This document shows, in pieces, positions 33,417 to 41,673 of a DNA stretch of 41,673 nt. The stretch comes from a virus. Taxonomy: Duplodnaviria > Heunggongvirae > Uroviricota > Caudoviricetes. The notes beneath the pieces are model-generated. The model searched no databases and had not been told where the DNA came from. It worked only from the letters and a program-made list of their open reading frames with translations. Made by a program: the position numbers and the translations under genes. The stretch's first letter is position 1; each line of letters opens with the position of its first letter. The stretch is taken from the IMG/VR virus record IMGVR_UViG_3300006145_000006, positions 66,480 to 108,152 of that record; one strand, given 5' to 3'.

Positions 33417-33884
33417 ATGCTTCGTGAACGCATTACTCATCAGCACAAGGCTGCTGATACTTATCTGAAGGCCGCTGCCAATATGGTGACCGGCATGGGC
33501 GTCGTGAAGGACGAGGTCACCGGCACCTTCAAGTTCCCCACCGCCGCTACTTCCGCCAACATCTATCTGGTGGACAAGGAGCGCATCCCCACCGGCATCA
33601 ACGCCGCCCGCACCGATATGTCTGACTATGACGAGGACTATACCGCCGTCAAGAAAAATGAGTTTGCCAAGCTGCCCCGGTATGATGCCGGAGAGCGGTT
33701 TGCCACTGACCAGTATGCTACTGCTCTGACTGACGCCGCTATCGGCAAGACTCTGGCTGTTGGTGCCGACGGCAAGTGGGCTGTGGCTACCGCAGACTCT
33801 GTTTACAAGTTTGTGGGCTGGTTTGACGATGCCGGTCACAAGCTGGCCGATATTGCGGTGCTGGATACCGCAGTCGCCAACTAA
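33417..33884 (+). CDS. Head decoration/cement protein (by synteny)
   Basis: 155 aa directly before the capsid gene. Confidence 0.55.
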   Translation: MLRERITHQHKAADTYLKAAANMVTGMGVVKDEVTGTFKFPTAATSANIYLVDKERIPTGINAARTDMSDYDEDYTAVKKNEFAKLPRYDAGERFATDQYATALTDAAIGKTLAVGADGKWAVATADSVYKFVGWFDDAGHKLADIAVLDTAVAN

Positions 33885-33910
33885 TTATACGAAAAAGGAG
33901 GATAAAGAAT

Positions 33911-34903
33911 ATGAATGCTGTTGAAATGGCTGAGCTGACTCAGAATGTCAGCCTGTACGAGATTGCCGCCAAGACCAACGACCCCAAGATGAATCTGAAC
34001 GATAACGAGAAGGAAGTCGCCGAGCAGCTTGACGAGTGGGCCCGCAAGATTGGCGAGACCGGCCACGACCGGGACCATGAGATCGCTGCGTTCGTGACCC
34101 GCACCATCCGGGGCGAGTTCTATGACGCTCCCGATGAGCTGCTGGACACTATGTTTGAGCGCGGCACTGTAGGCGAGTTTGATGACTACGAGGCTAAGAT
34201 CGACCCCGTGAAGAACACCCTTGTCGCTTATGAGTCCGCTCCCGGCGGCACTGTTCCCAAGAGCTATCTGGACTACAGTTATCTGAAGCCCACCTGGAAG
34301 CACCTTCAGGTGGAGTCCCAGATCAGCTACCGTGACCTGCGCCGGAACGGCTGGAAGAGCGTGGCTCTGCTGACTGAGTATGCCGACAAGGCTCTGCGGA
34401 ACAAGATGTTCTACCACATCTTCAACGCCATTGACGCTGCCATTGCCAGCGGTGCTGACAACTACATCTCCGAGGCGGGTGCTCTGCCCTCTCAGGCTAC
34501 TATGGACGCTCTGGCCCTGTATCTGAACGACCGGGGCGGCGGCAATATTGTCGCTCTGAACAAGTACATCCAGGCCGCTTCCAAGCTGAGGGGCTTTGAG
34601 TCCGAGGCCATGAAGGATGAGGTCCACCGCACCGGTGTTCTGAAGCTGTATGACGGCAACACTATGGTTGGCATCACTGCCGCCAAGAAGCAGGCCAACG
34701 GCGAGCTGCTGATCCCCGATAAGCGCATCTTCGGTATCGCCGGCAAGGTGGGCAGCCTTGATATGAAGGGCGACGTCTACACCTATGAGACCGAGGAGAA
34801 CCAGAAGGAGGTCATTGACCTTAAGATCACCGGCTTTACCTTCGGCTATGCCTTCAACAAGGACAGCCTGGACAACATGGCTAAGGTGGTCATGGCGAAG
34901 TAA
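33911..34903 (+). CDS. Major capsid protein
   Basis: 330 aa with strong codon bias, at the capsid position, followed by a stable hairpin. Confidence 0.75.
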   Translation: MNAVEMAELTQNVSLYEIAAKTNDPKMNLNDNEKEVAEQLDEWARKIGETGHDRDHEIAAFVTRTIRGEFYDAPDELLDTMFERGTVGEFDDYEAKIDPVKNTLVAYESAPGGTVPKSYLDYSYLKPTWKHLQVESQISYRDLRRNGWKSVALLTEYADKALRNKMFYHIFNAIDAAIASGADNYISEAGALPSQATMDALALYLNDRGGGNIVALNKYIQAASKLRGFESEAMKDEVHRTGVLKLYDGNTMVGITAAKKQANGELLIPDKRIFGIAGKVGSLDMKGDVYTYETEENQKEVIDLKITGFTFGYAFNKDSLDNMAKVVMAK

Positions 34904-34919
34904 GAGCTTCGCATCCCCT

Positions 34920-34947
34920 GGAGGGGCTCGCTTCGGCGGGCTCCTCC
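34920..34947 (+). terminator. Hairpin after the capsid gene
   Basis: GGAGGGGCTCGC-TTCG-GCGGGCTCCTCC. Confidence 0.6.
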
Positions 34948-34971
34948 AAATATACTTTGAGGAGAATTTGA

Positions 34972-35604
34972 TTGGCTATCTCTAAAACAAAGAACTATCT
35001 GGTGCTGAACTATGGGCACTCCCCCGTGGGGATCTCTACCAGACACGAGAACTATCTGATTCCCGGAGCTGAGGGGGACAATCCCGCCTCGCTCCCCTTG
35101 ACAATCGACGAAATCCAGGTGGTCAACAGCAATTCCCCGGTCTTTAAGGTGGGGATGCTCCGCTTCGAGGAGAAGGATGAGAAGGACATTTACGAGGAGC
35201 TTCGCATTTTGGATTGGCGGGATATTCTTACCGACAAGGCCATTGAGGAAATATTGCTGAACCCTACCGCCGAAACGCTACAAAAACTCGTATCCATTGA
35301 GAGCGAACCATATTATGAGCGTATTCGTGGTGTCTATATGGGCCTTAAGAGTGCGGGTGCCTCCATCTCTCTGAATGTAAGCAACGCTATTGAGGCACGC
35401 CGGGATGAGCTGATTCGCCATAAGCGCACAACCGATATCCGGGTGACCGCTAATCCTGACGGTCAAAATAGGGCGGCTTCCAGCGAAGAGGTGGATGAGC
35501 TGAAACGGCAGCTTGCCGAAATGCAGGCCATGATGGAGAAGATGCAGGAATGCCATGGCAACAATAAAGAAGCCACCAAGAAAGGCGCAAACGCCAAGAA
35601 GTAG
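34972..35604 (+). CDS. Virion morphogenesis protein (hypothetical)
   Basis: 210-aa ORF with TTG start, after the capsid gene. Confidence 0.6.
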   Translation: MAISKTKNYLVLNYGHSPVGISTRHENYLIPGAEGDNPASLPLTIDEIQVVNSNSPVFKVGMLRFEEKDEKDIYEELRILDWRDILTDKAIEEILLNPTAETLQKLVSIESEPYYERIRGVYMGLKSAGASISLNVSNAIEARRDELIRHKRTTDIRVTANPDGQNRAASSEEVDELKRQLAEMQAMMEKMQECHGNNKEATKKGANAKK

Positions 35605-35616
35605 GGGGGTGTCTGA

Positions 35617-36117
35617 ATGGCAACTCCTTTTGTGACGGTCGTTGACCGCTTCTTTAACCGCATCGAGGAGGATCGGGACTTTTTCGAGTACTACTCTCTG
35701 TCAGATGGAGAGGCAATGCAGCTTGCCAACCGGCGGGCTACCTTCTATTTCAAAAACGCCGTAGACCGTATGATGCTGGAAGGGACACCGGAGATCGACT
35801 TTACGGATATTGACGAGCCGCTGGCTCAGTTCAATGTGGATCTGACCAGCCGGGAGGTATTTATTCTCGCTTCCCTGATGTATGAGTATTATCTGGAGAA
35901 GGACATCGCCAAGATCAAGACGATGGACCGGAGCTTTACACCCACTGAGCTGCGGGTATTTGACGCAAGCAACGCCCGCACCAGCTTCAAGGCTCTATAT
36001 GACGGCGTATGTGAGAACAATAGGCTCCTGCTGGATTCCTACCGAAACACCGACAGGCTGACAGGGCAGTACAAGGGAATCGACTTCTCATCTTATGACG
36101 ATGAGGGGGCGGTCTGA
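35617..36117 (+). CDS. Head-tail connector-like protein (by synteny)
   Basis: 166 aa at the neck-gene position. Confidence 0.5.
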   Translation: MATPFVTVVDRFFNRIEEDRDFFEYYSLSDGEAMQLANRRATFYFKNAVDRMMLEGTPEIDFTDIDEPLAQFNVDLTSREVFILASLMYEYYLEKDIAKIKTMDRSFTPTELRVFDASNARTSFKALYDGVCENNRLLLDSYRNTDRLTGQYKGIDFSSYDDEGAV

Positions 36118-37220
36118 TGGAGAACATCAACTATTTCCGGGCGATCCATGGAGCACTCGGTGCGAACAGCGCCGAGGAGACGCTTCGGCGGGAGGTCCGC
36201 AAGGACCGTGCGGAGGACTATACTACCTCGATTGGGTACATCCATGACGCCCTGCGTAACGGTGAGGTACAGCCCATTGTGGCGAAGACCACCAATTCGC
36301 CAAACAAATATAACATCATCGCTATGCCTGGAGATCCGCTGGCTGTGGGTGACATTCTGGAGTTTTACGGCGAGCACTGGATCGTGGTGGATATCCGCTC
36401 TGTGGATGTGGTGAGTCTCATCGGCGTGGCCATGCAGTGTAATCACATGTTCCGGTGGCAGAACTGGTCTCCCGAGATTATTGAGCGATGGGGCGTTTTG
36501 GACAGCGGCGTTTATTCCACGACTCTCAGCGAGGCGGAGAAGATGACTCTGACCCATAAGCAGTACAAAATCTATCTACCCTTTGACGAGGATACCGCAA
36601 AGCTGTATCTGGACAAACGCATCATCACCGAGATCGCATACGACAAAGACGGAGATAGAATCCCTGTGGTCTATAAGGTTACAGGGCGTGACTCCATCAG
36701 CGAGTCTTATGGCAAGGGTGGTCATCTGCTGGTGCTGAACGCCGAGAGCAGCAGTGACTACAACAAGCTGACGGATAACCTCGATCTGATGATAGCGGAC
36801 TGCATTGCGCCGGAGGAGGAACCAGAACCGCCGGTGACACCGGATCCGCCCGATCCCCCTACTCCACCTGACCCGCCTGGGCCGGTTGACCCTCCGGATC
36901 CCCCCACGCCTCCAGTTCCCCTTCTCCCCTGCTCGATCTCCGGGCGGGAGACGCTGAAGGCTGGGCTTGGGGCGAGGAAGTATACGGCTACCTTCTACAC
37001 GGAGGACGGCGAGACGGAGGACACATCTGTGGCCGCATTTTGGACAGTCGTTCTCCCCGCCGGGTACGAAAGATACATTCACTATACGATCCATGACAAC
37101 GCCCTGTCTTTGTCAGCAGATGAGGACGCAATCGGTGAAATGGTTATTTTACAGGCTTCGGATGCAGACGGTCTATATCAAACCTGCGAGTTTACGGTGA
37201 AGGTGGTGGAGTCGCTGTGA
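36117..37220 (+). CDS. Head-tail adaptor-like protein with a Pro-rich linker and Ig-like C-terminal domain
   Basis: PEPPVTPDPPDPPTPPDPP repeat, then a beta-rich C-terminal domain. Confidence 0.55.
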   Translation: MENINYFRAIHGALGANSAEETLRREVRKDRAEDYTTSIGYIHDALRNGEVQPIVAKTTNSPNKYNIIAMPGDPLAVGDILEFYGEHWIVVDIRSVDVVSLIGVAMQCNHMFRWQNWSPEIIERWGVLDSGVYSTTLSEAEKMTLTHKQYKIYLPFDEDTAKLYLDKRIITEIAYDKDGDRIPVVYKVTGRDSISESYGKGGHLLVLNAESSSDYNKLTDNLDLMIADCIAPEEEPEPPVTPDPPDPPTPPDPPGPVDPPDPPTPPVPLLPCSISGRETLKAGLGARKYTATFYTEDGETEDTSVAAFWTVVLPAGYERYIHYTIHDNALSLSADEDAIGEMVILQASDADGLYQTCEFTVKVVESL

Positions 37221-37717
37221 CAACCACCGAGCTGAAGCTGAAATTCGTCAAGGACATTCTGAATAACCCGGAGCTTGTCAATCTAATCGATGTGTATGGG
37301 GAGTATGCGGAGTACCCGGAGGACATGCTCGACGAGCGTGTTTTTACCTGGTGGCAGTTCAAAAATGAGGTGCTTCAAAAGGCAAAGGTAATCATCGGCG
37401 CTCGCATCACATTTCCAAGCCCTGCTCAAAACCAAGCCTACAAAAACTTCCGGGTTGAGTTCCTGGTCCTGTGCCACAAGGATTTGATGGGGAATGTCAA
37501 GGGGCTGGACGGAAAGAGGGTCCCCGGGAACAGGCTGGACCTGATCGGCGATGAGCTGGAGCGGATGTGGGTGTGGGACCGGAGCGGGACGCAGTTTCGG
37601 ATGAAGTTCGTTTCCAACAACGAGGATACCTACAACGATGACTACTATGCCAGGACCATCGTGTTGCGGTCCTATACCGACAACAACACGGAGAATGCGG
37701 TGAAGCGGAATGCGTAG
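37217..37717 (+). CDS. Tail completion/terminator-like protein (by synteny)
   Basis: 166 aa with overlaps at both ends. Confidence 0.5.
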   Translation: MTTTELKLKFVKDILNNPELVNLIDVYGEYAEYPEDMLDERVFTWWQFKNEVLQKAKVIIGARITFPSPAQNQAYKNFRVEFLVLCHKDLMGNVKGLDGKRVPGNRLDLIGDELERMWVWDRSGTQFRMKFVSNNEDTYNDDYYARTIVLRSYTDNNTENAVKRNA

Positions 37718-38486
37718 CGCTATGTTGGATGAGCTCCAGCTCTTCCGAGGCAAGGACTTCGTGGTGAACGGCCACCTTACAATCCATCACCCAACGATCG
37801 GCGAGATATGCGATTTTGGTGAGGATCGCTATTTTAACATGGTATCAAAACTATGTGCCACGCCGTCAGATTACAAGGTAACCCTATGGGACGAGATGGG
37901 GAAGGACTGGGAGGAAGTCGATGATATGGACCTATTTGGGGCCATTTCCCTTGGATTCTCCAGAGAAGATACCAGTATTCTGTTTGGAGACTTTCCGCTC
38001 AATGAGCTGGTCATCTACCATGAACCGGATATCGATGACTCTGTGCTGGGGGAGGCCATATGGGACCGCAGTACTGGGCAGCCTGTTGGCCTGAAGCCGG
38101 ACGGCGTGAAGATCGACCGGTATGCCTACACTATGATGACCGAGTTTCTGCGGTGCATCCACAGCATGGAAAAGCATGTGGACAAGTGTGTGACCCAAGG
38201 GGACAAGATGTACCTGCTGGACAAGGATCGCTCCAGGCTCCGCCGCCAGAAGCACGCCAAGGACAGCGGGAAGTCCGTTCTCGTCCCGCTCGTGTCCGCC
38301 CTTGTAAACTGCAAGGAGTTTAAGTACGACCATTCCACCGTGTGGGATCTGCCCATCTATGCGTTTTACGATTCGGTAAGGCGCATTCAAAAAATCAAGT
38401 ACAGCGACAGACTTGTGTACGGGGTCATGGTAGACCCCAGCAAGATGCCGCAGGATATGACAGACTGGATGAGCGAAATCAAGTAG
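37710..38486 (+). CDS. Conserved tail-region protein
   Basis: 258-aa ORF before the tail tube gene. Confidence 0.55.
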   Translation: MRSAMLDELQLFRGKDFVVNGHLTIHHPTIGEICDFGEDRYFNMVSKLCATPSDYKVTLWDEMGKDWEEVDDMDLFGAISLGFSREDTSILFGDFPLNELVIYHEPDIDDSVLGEAIWDRSTGQPVGLKPDGVKIDRYAYTMMTEFLRCIHSMEKHVDKCVTQGDKMYLLDKDRSRLRRQKHAKDSGKSVLVPLVSALVNCKEFKYDHSTVWDLPIYAFYDSVRRIQKIKYSDRLVYGVMVDPSKMPQDMTDWMSEIK

Positions 38487-38527
38487 CCGTCCAGTCTAAT
38501 TTTATCAAAGAAAGAAGGAAAATGAAT

Positions 38528-39427
38528 ATGGCTGATACTGTTTACACCCCTCTGGAAAGTGTGGATTTCAGCAAGCTGAAGATCGAGTCTTATGACCGTC
38601 TGACCCTGTTTGACCGCACCTCTGATGACCTTATTGTTATGCTGGAGGATATGTCTGACTTCACCCTGTCTCAGACCGTTGACTCTCAGGAGCAGACCGG
38701 CAAGCGGGGCACCGTACTGTCCGTTATGGACCGGAACAAGGGCGTGACTGGTAGCGGCAACAACGCCTATGTTGTCACTAATGCTATCGCTGCCCAGGTG
38801 GGCGCCGATCTGGAGCACGCTACCGAGGAAGCTCCCCTGAGTGTTCCCCATATTGCTAAGCTGAAGGTAGCTGCCGATGGCACTGTCACTCTACCCAAAG
38901 AATATGAGCCTGTTGGCCCGGTTGGAGTTGAGGTTCCCGCTATCTACTCCACCACCGTGGACATTACCCAGGACAAGAAGTACACCATTGGCGCCGCTGT
39001 CTCCGCCACTGAGTTTACTTATGACCCCGCTACCAGGAAGATCTCCCTGCCTGTTGTCCCCGCCAAGGAGGCTGTGGGCACGGAGGGTGATGAGGGCTAC
39101 CAGCCCGCCGTCGAGGCTGCTCCCGTATTCAAGCCCGGCGATGTGGTCATTGTCCCCTACCGCCGCAAGGCTACCGTTGGCGTGAAGATCACCAACGACG
39201 CTGAGAAGTACGCCAAGTCCGGCCGCTGTGTGCTGGATCTGACTGCCTCTGATATCTGTAACGACAATATCAAGCGGCACGTCGTCATTGAGTTGCCCTA
39301 TGTCCATGTGGACGGCAACTTCGACCTGGCTGGCGGTGACGAGGTCATGAAGCAGCCCTTTGGCTTCCGCTCCATGCCCGAGCCCTGCTCTGTTGACAAG
39401 AGCCTCTGGGATATGTATGTTGCGTAA
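38528..39427 (+). CDS. Major tail (tube) protein
   Basis: Start moved to ATG 38528 behind AAGGA. Beta-rich, strong codon bias, tail position. Confidence 0.65.
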   Translation: MADTVYTPLESVDFSKLKIESYDRLTLFDRTSDDLIVMLEDMSDFTLSQTVDSQEQTGKRGTVLSVMDRNKGVTGSGNNAYVVTNAIAAQVGADLEHATEEAPLSVPHIAKLKVAADGTVTLPKEYEPVGPVGVEVPAIYSTTVDITQDKKYTIGAAVSATEFTYDPATRKISLPVVPAKEAVGTEGDEGYQPAVEAAPVFKPGDVVIVPYRRKATVGVKITNDAEKYAKSGRCVLDLTASDICNDNIKRHVVIELPYVHVDGNFDLAGGDEVMKQPFGFRSMPEPCSVDKSLWDMYVA

Positions 39428-39439
39428 GGCTGGTGATGC

Positions 39440-39859
39440 ATGATGGCACACGAGCCTAACACGCTGTGTAAGAATCCTAACTGTCGCCACGGAGAGGGCG
39501 GAACAAGAAAACACTTCTTCGCTTGTGCTTATTGCACGGGGACAAAGAAGTGGAAGGCGTACTGTTGCTCGCCGGAGTGCTGGACGGAATATCAGGACAT
39601 TATCGCCCGGCGTGATACGGGCGGCGCGAAGCAGGAGGATCTGCCTGAGCGCACTGACATGACACAGGAGGAGGTCAAGGCGCTGATCCATGACACCCCA
39701 TATGAGGTCATTGAGGAGACCACCCGGCAGGAGCTGGGTGGGTATCTGCCGGAGGATGCCGATATCTCTCCTGAGACGGTCGGCCCGGTCATTGACGCTA
39801 TCAACGCGGAGATCGACGCTGAGCGTCAAGGGAAGCGGAAGAACAAGAAGAACCGCTGA
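39440..39859 (+). CDS. Cys-rich hypothetical protein
   Basis: CKNPNC...CAYC...CCSPEC. Confidence 0.7.
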   Translation: MMAHEPNTLCKNPNCRHGEGGTRKHFFACAYCTGTKKWKAYCCSPECWTEYQDIIARRDTGGAKQEDLPERTDMTQEEVKALIHDTPYEVIEETTRQELGGYLPEDADISPETVGPVIDAINAEIDAERQGKRKNKKNR

Positions 39860-39869
39860 GGAAGGCAAC

Positions 39870-39895
39870 GGGGAGAGGGCGTATTCCCTCTCCCC
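39870..39895 (+). terminator. Hairpin/terminator
   Basis: GGGGAGAGGG-CGTATT-CCCTCTCCCC followed by a pyrimidine run. Confidence 0.6.
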
Positions 39896-39954
39896 TGCTC
39901 TTTCCTATTCGCACCGAATGGACGATGAAATCAAAATTCTATAAGGATAAGCCA

Positions 39955-40395
39955 ATGAAACAAAAGTCGAAGTTCAATGTGGACACCAACACCGCCAAGC
40001 GCACCTATGACGGCATTGTATTTGACAGTGTCCTGGAGATGAAGTACTACCGTGATGTAGTTTTGCCCCAAGTGGGAAGCGGCGCAATCGTTGAGTATGA
40101 GCTCCAGAAGAGCTATGAGCTGCAACCGAAATTTACATATCACGGAACCACTGTCCGAGCCATCACCTATGTGGCTGACTTCTATCTGGTCTATGCGGAT
40201 GGAGAGCAAGAGGTCATCGACATCAAAGGGATGGCTGATACTACGGCCAAATTGAAACGAAAGCTGTTTTGGCACACATACCCGGAGCTGCCCTATCGCT
40301 GGGTCAGCTATTCCGCCAAGGACGGCGGATGGATCGATTATGATAAGCTACAAAAACTGCGCCGGGAGCGCAAGAAGAATAAGGAGGCCAACTAA
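39955..40395 (+). CDS. DUF1064-family PD-(D/E)XK endonuclease-like protein
   Basis: DGIVFDS.LE..YY, YVADF and DIKG motifs. Confidence 0.75.
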   Translation: MKQKSKFNVDTNTAKRTYDGIVFDSVLEMKYYRDVVLPQVGSGAIVEYELQKSYELQPKFTYHGTTVRAITYVADFYLVYADGEQEVIDIKGMADTTAKLKRKLFWHTYPELPYRWVSYSAKDGGWIDYDKLQKLRRERKKNKEAN

Positions 40396-41087
40396 TGGCT
40401 GCCAAGAAGAATACTGAGAAGAAGGTTTCAATCAATAAACTCGACGCATTGCTGGCCACAGAGAAGGCTAAGTATGAGGGGAGCAAATTTACCTATGACA
40501 TTGACGGTGAGGCCGTAGACATTCTGGTCAAGCAATCTATCTCACTTGCCGAGATGCAGGCGTTTGTGGATAATGTGGCCGAGAATGTATTCATGGAGGA
40601 CGAGGACACTGGCGAGGTCACATATGCTCCTGCCCTTTATGAGACTGCATTTGCGCTTAACTTTGTTGTCTACTTTACAAATCTCAAGGTAGAGATGGGT
40701 GCCGAGCGTGTTATTGATCTACTCTACGCTACCAACATTCTTCCAAAAATGATGAGGTCCGTGAACGAAGAACAGCTCCGGGATATGCAAATTGCTATCA
40801 ATTCTGCAATCGAGTTCCGCAAGCAGACCATCCTCTCCGGGGAGCGGATCAAGCTCAACTACCTGATCGAGCAGATGGATAAGCTGATGCCCATGCTGGA
40901 GCAGAACGCCGGGTTGCTGGCCGGCATGAGCCAGGAGGACCTGACGAAGGCTGTGCAGACTATGGGGAACATGGACGAGGGCAAGCTGGCCAAGGCGGTG
41001 CTGGCGGAGCAAGAGGGCAAGGTCATTGAGATGCCAAAGCCCAAGAAGACCAGCACGAGAAAGAAGAAGACCGACGATGTCGATTGA
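40395..41087 (+). CDS. Tail assembly chaperone-like protein (by synteny)
   Basis: 230 aa, helical, downstream of the tail tube gene. Confidence 0.45.
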   Translation: MAAKKNTEKKVSINKLDALLATEKAKYEGSKFTYDIDGEAVDILVKQSISLAEMQAFVDNVAENVFMEDEDTGEVTYAPALYETAFALNFVVYFTNLKVEMGAERVIDLLYATNILPKMMRSVNEEQLRDMQIAINSAIEFRKQTILSGERIKLNYLIEQMDKLMPMLEQNAGLLAGMSQEDLTKAVQTMGNMDEGKLAKAVLAEQEGKVIEMPKPKKTSTRKKKTDDVD

Positions 41088-41604
41088 GTCGGAGTTGAAG
41101 AAGTGGGCCAACAGCCCCGCCGGGAAGAAGCGGATCGCCGAGGAACGGGCCAAAAAGCTCAAAGCCGGACAGAAGTTCGGGCAAGGCTCCGGCGTGGTGT
41201 CGATTGAACAGGCCAAGAAGATGGGCGATGAGATGCGGGACATCCTATACGCCCACCTTCCTGTTGGGCTGAAGGCATCCATCAGCACCGGAGATATCAT
41301 CGTTTCTGCTCCCAAAGTGCAGGCCGATGGAAGCATGTTGGTGGAGCTGCATTTCCGCCCAGAGGATTTGGAACGGGAGTCCCTTGACCCGGAGAAGTAC
41401 CCGAATGGCGCGGACAACATTGTCCGGCTGTTCAGCCGTGGCTATACCGCCCACGGAGATGTTGTCGGCATGTGGCACGGGCATGAGCAATGGAATCTGC
41501 GCCATCGAGCCGCCGATCCGTTCATGCAGGATGCGGTGGATAAGTTCAACGCACTCCACGGTGGCGTGAAGATTGCAGATGTGAGGCCGGATTACAAGGC
41601 ATAG
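41077..41604 (+). CDS. Hypothetical tail-region protein
   Basis: Start moved to ATG 41077 (MSIESELKKW). Confidence 0.6.
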   Translation: MSIESELKKWANSPAGKKRIAEERAKKLKAGQKFGQGSGVVSIEQAKKMGDEMRDILYAHLPVGLKASISTGDIIVSAPKVQADGSMLVELHFRPEDLERESLDPEKYPNGADNIVRLFSRGYTAHGDVVGMWHGHEQWNLRHRAADPFMQDAVDKFNALHGGVKIADVRPDYKA

Positions 41605-41638
41605 AGACGGTAAAACCGCTCTTTTATCAGGTTAACAG

Positions 41639-41668
41639 ACGGGACGGCTATTGCCGTCCCGTTTTCTT
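41639..41668 (+). terminator. Intrinsic terminator
   Basis: ACGGGACGGC-TATT-GCCGTCCCGT followed by TTTCTT. Confidence 0.8.
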
Positions 41669-41673
41669 AAAGG

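Overview
The window is about 42 kb of a large SPbeta-like tailed phage or prophage from a Firmicute, probably Clostridiales/Oscillospiraceae (inferred from GGAGG RBSs and sigmaA promoters). Left arm (1-17.15 kb): mostly minus-strand, about 35 small early or accessory genes. These include a miniature ABC-ATPase-like protein, a HAD phosphatase, a DUF6551/ParB-like protein, a decayed HNH-AP2 endonuclease, two AT-rich morons and an unannotated type I toxin-like peptide. Centre (17.15-18.7 kb): a control region with divergent consensus promoters, operator-like palindromes, a G-tract (possible pac site or genome end) and iteron-like repeats ahead of a RepL-like gene. Right arm (plus strand): deaminase, YonO-type single-subunit RNA polymerase, homing endonuclease, metallophosphoesterase, intact tyrosine recombinase, terminase, portal, protease/scaffold, capsid and head-tail/tail genes. 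The strongest signal the ORF track does not explain is a dispersed palindrome, ATAAAA-N6-TTTTAT. I found 14 copies by eye, 6 of them exact. They sit at gene junctions, usually overlapping or just after the upstream stop codon and just before the next RBS. They bracket single genes like cassette boundaries, and one exact copy lies 6 bp after the recombinase stop. Whether these are recombination sites (an integron-like cassette array) or repressor/organiser operators cannot be decided from sequence alone. All protein family calls come from motif recognition by eye, not from database searches. No tRNA, rRNA or CRISPR array was seen.
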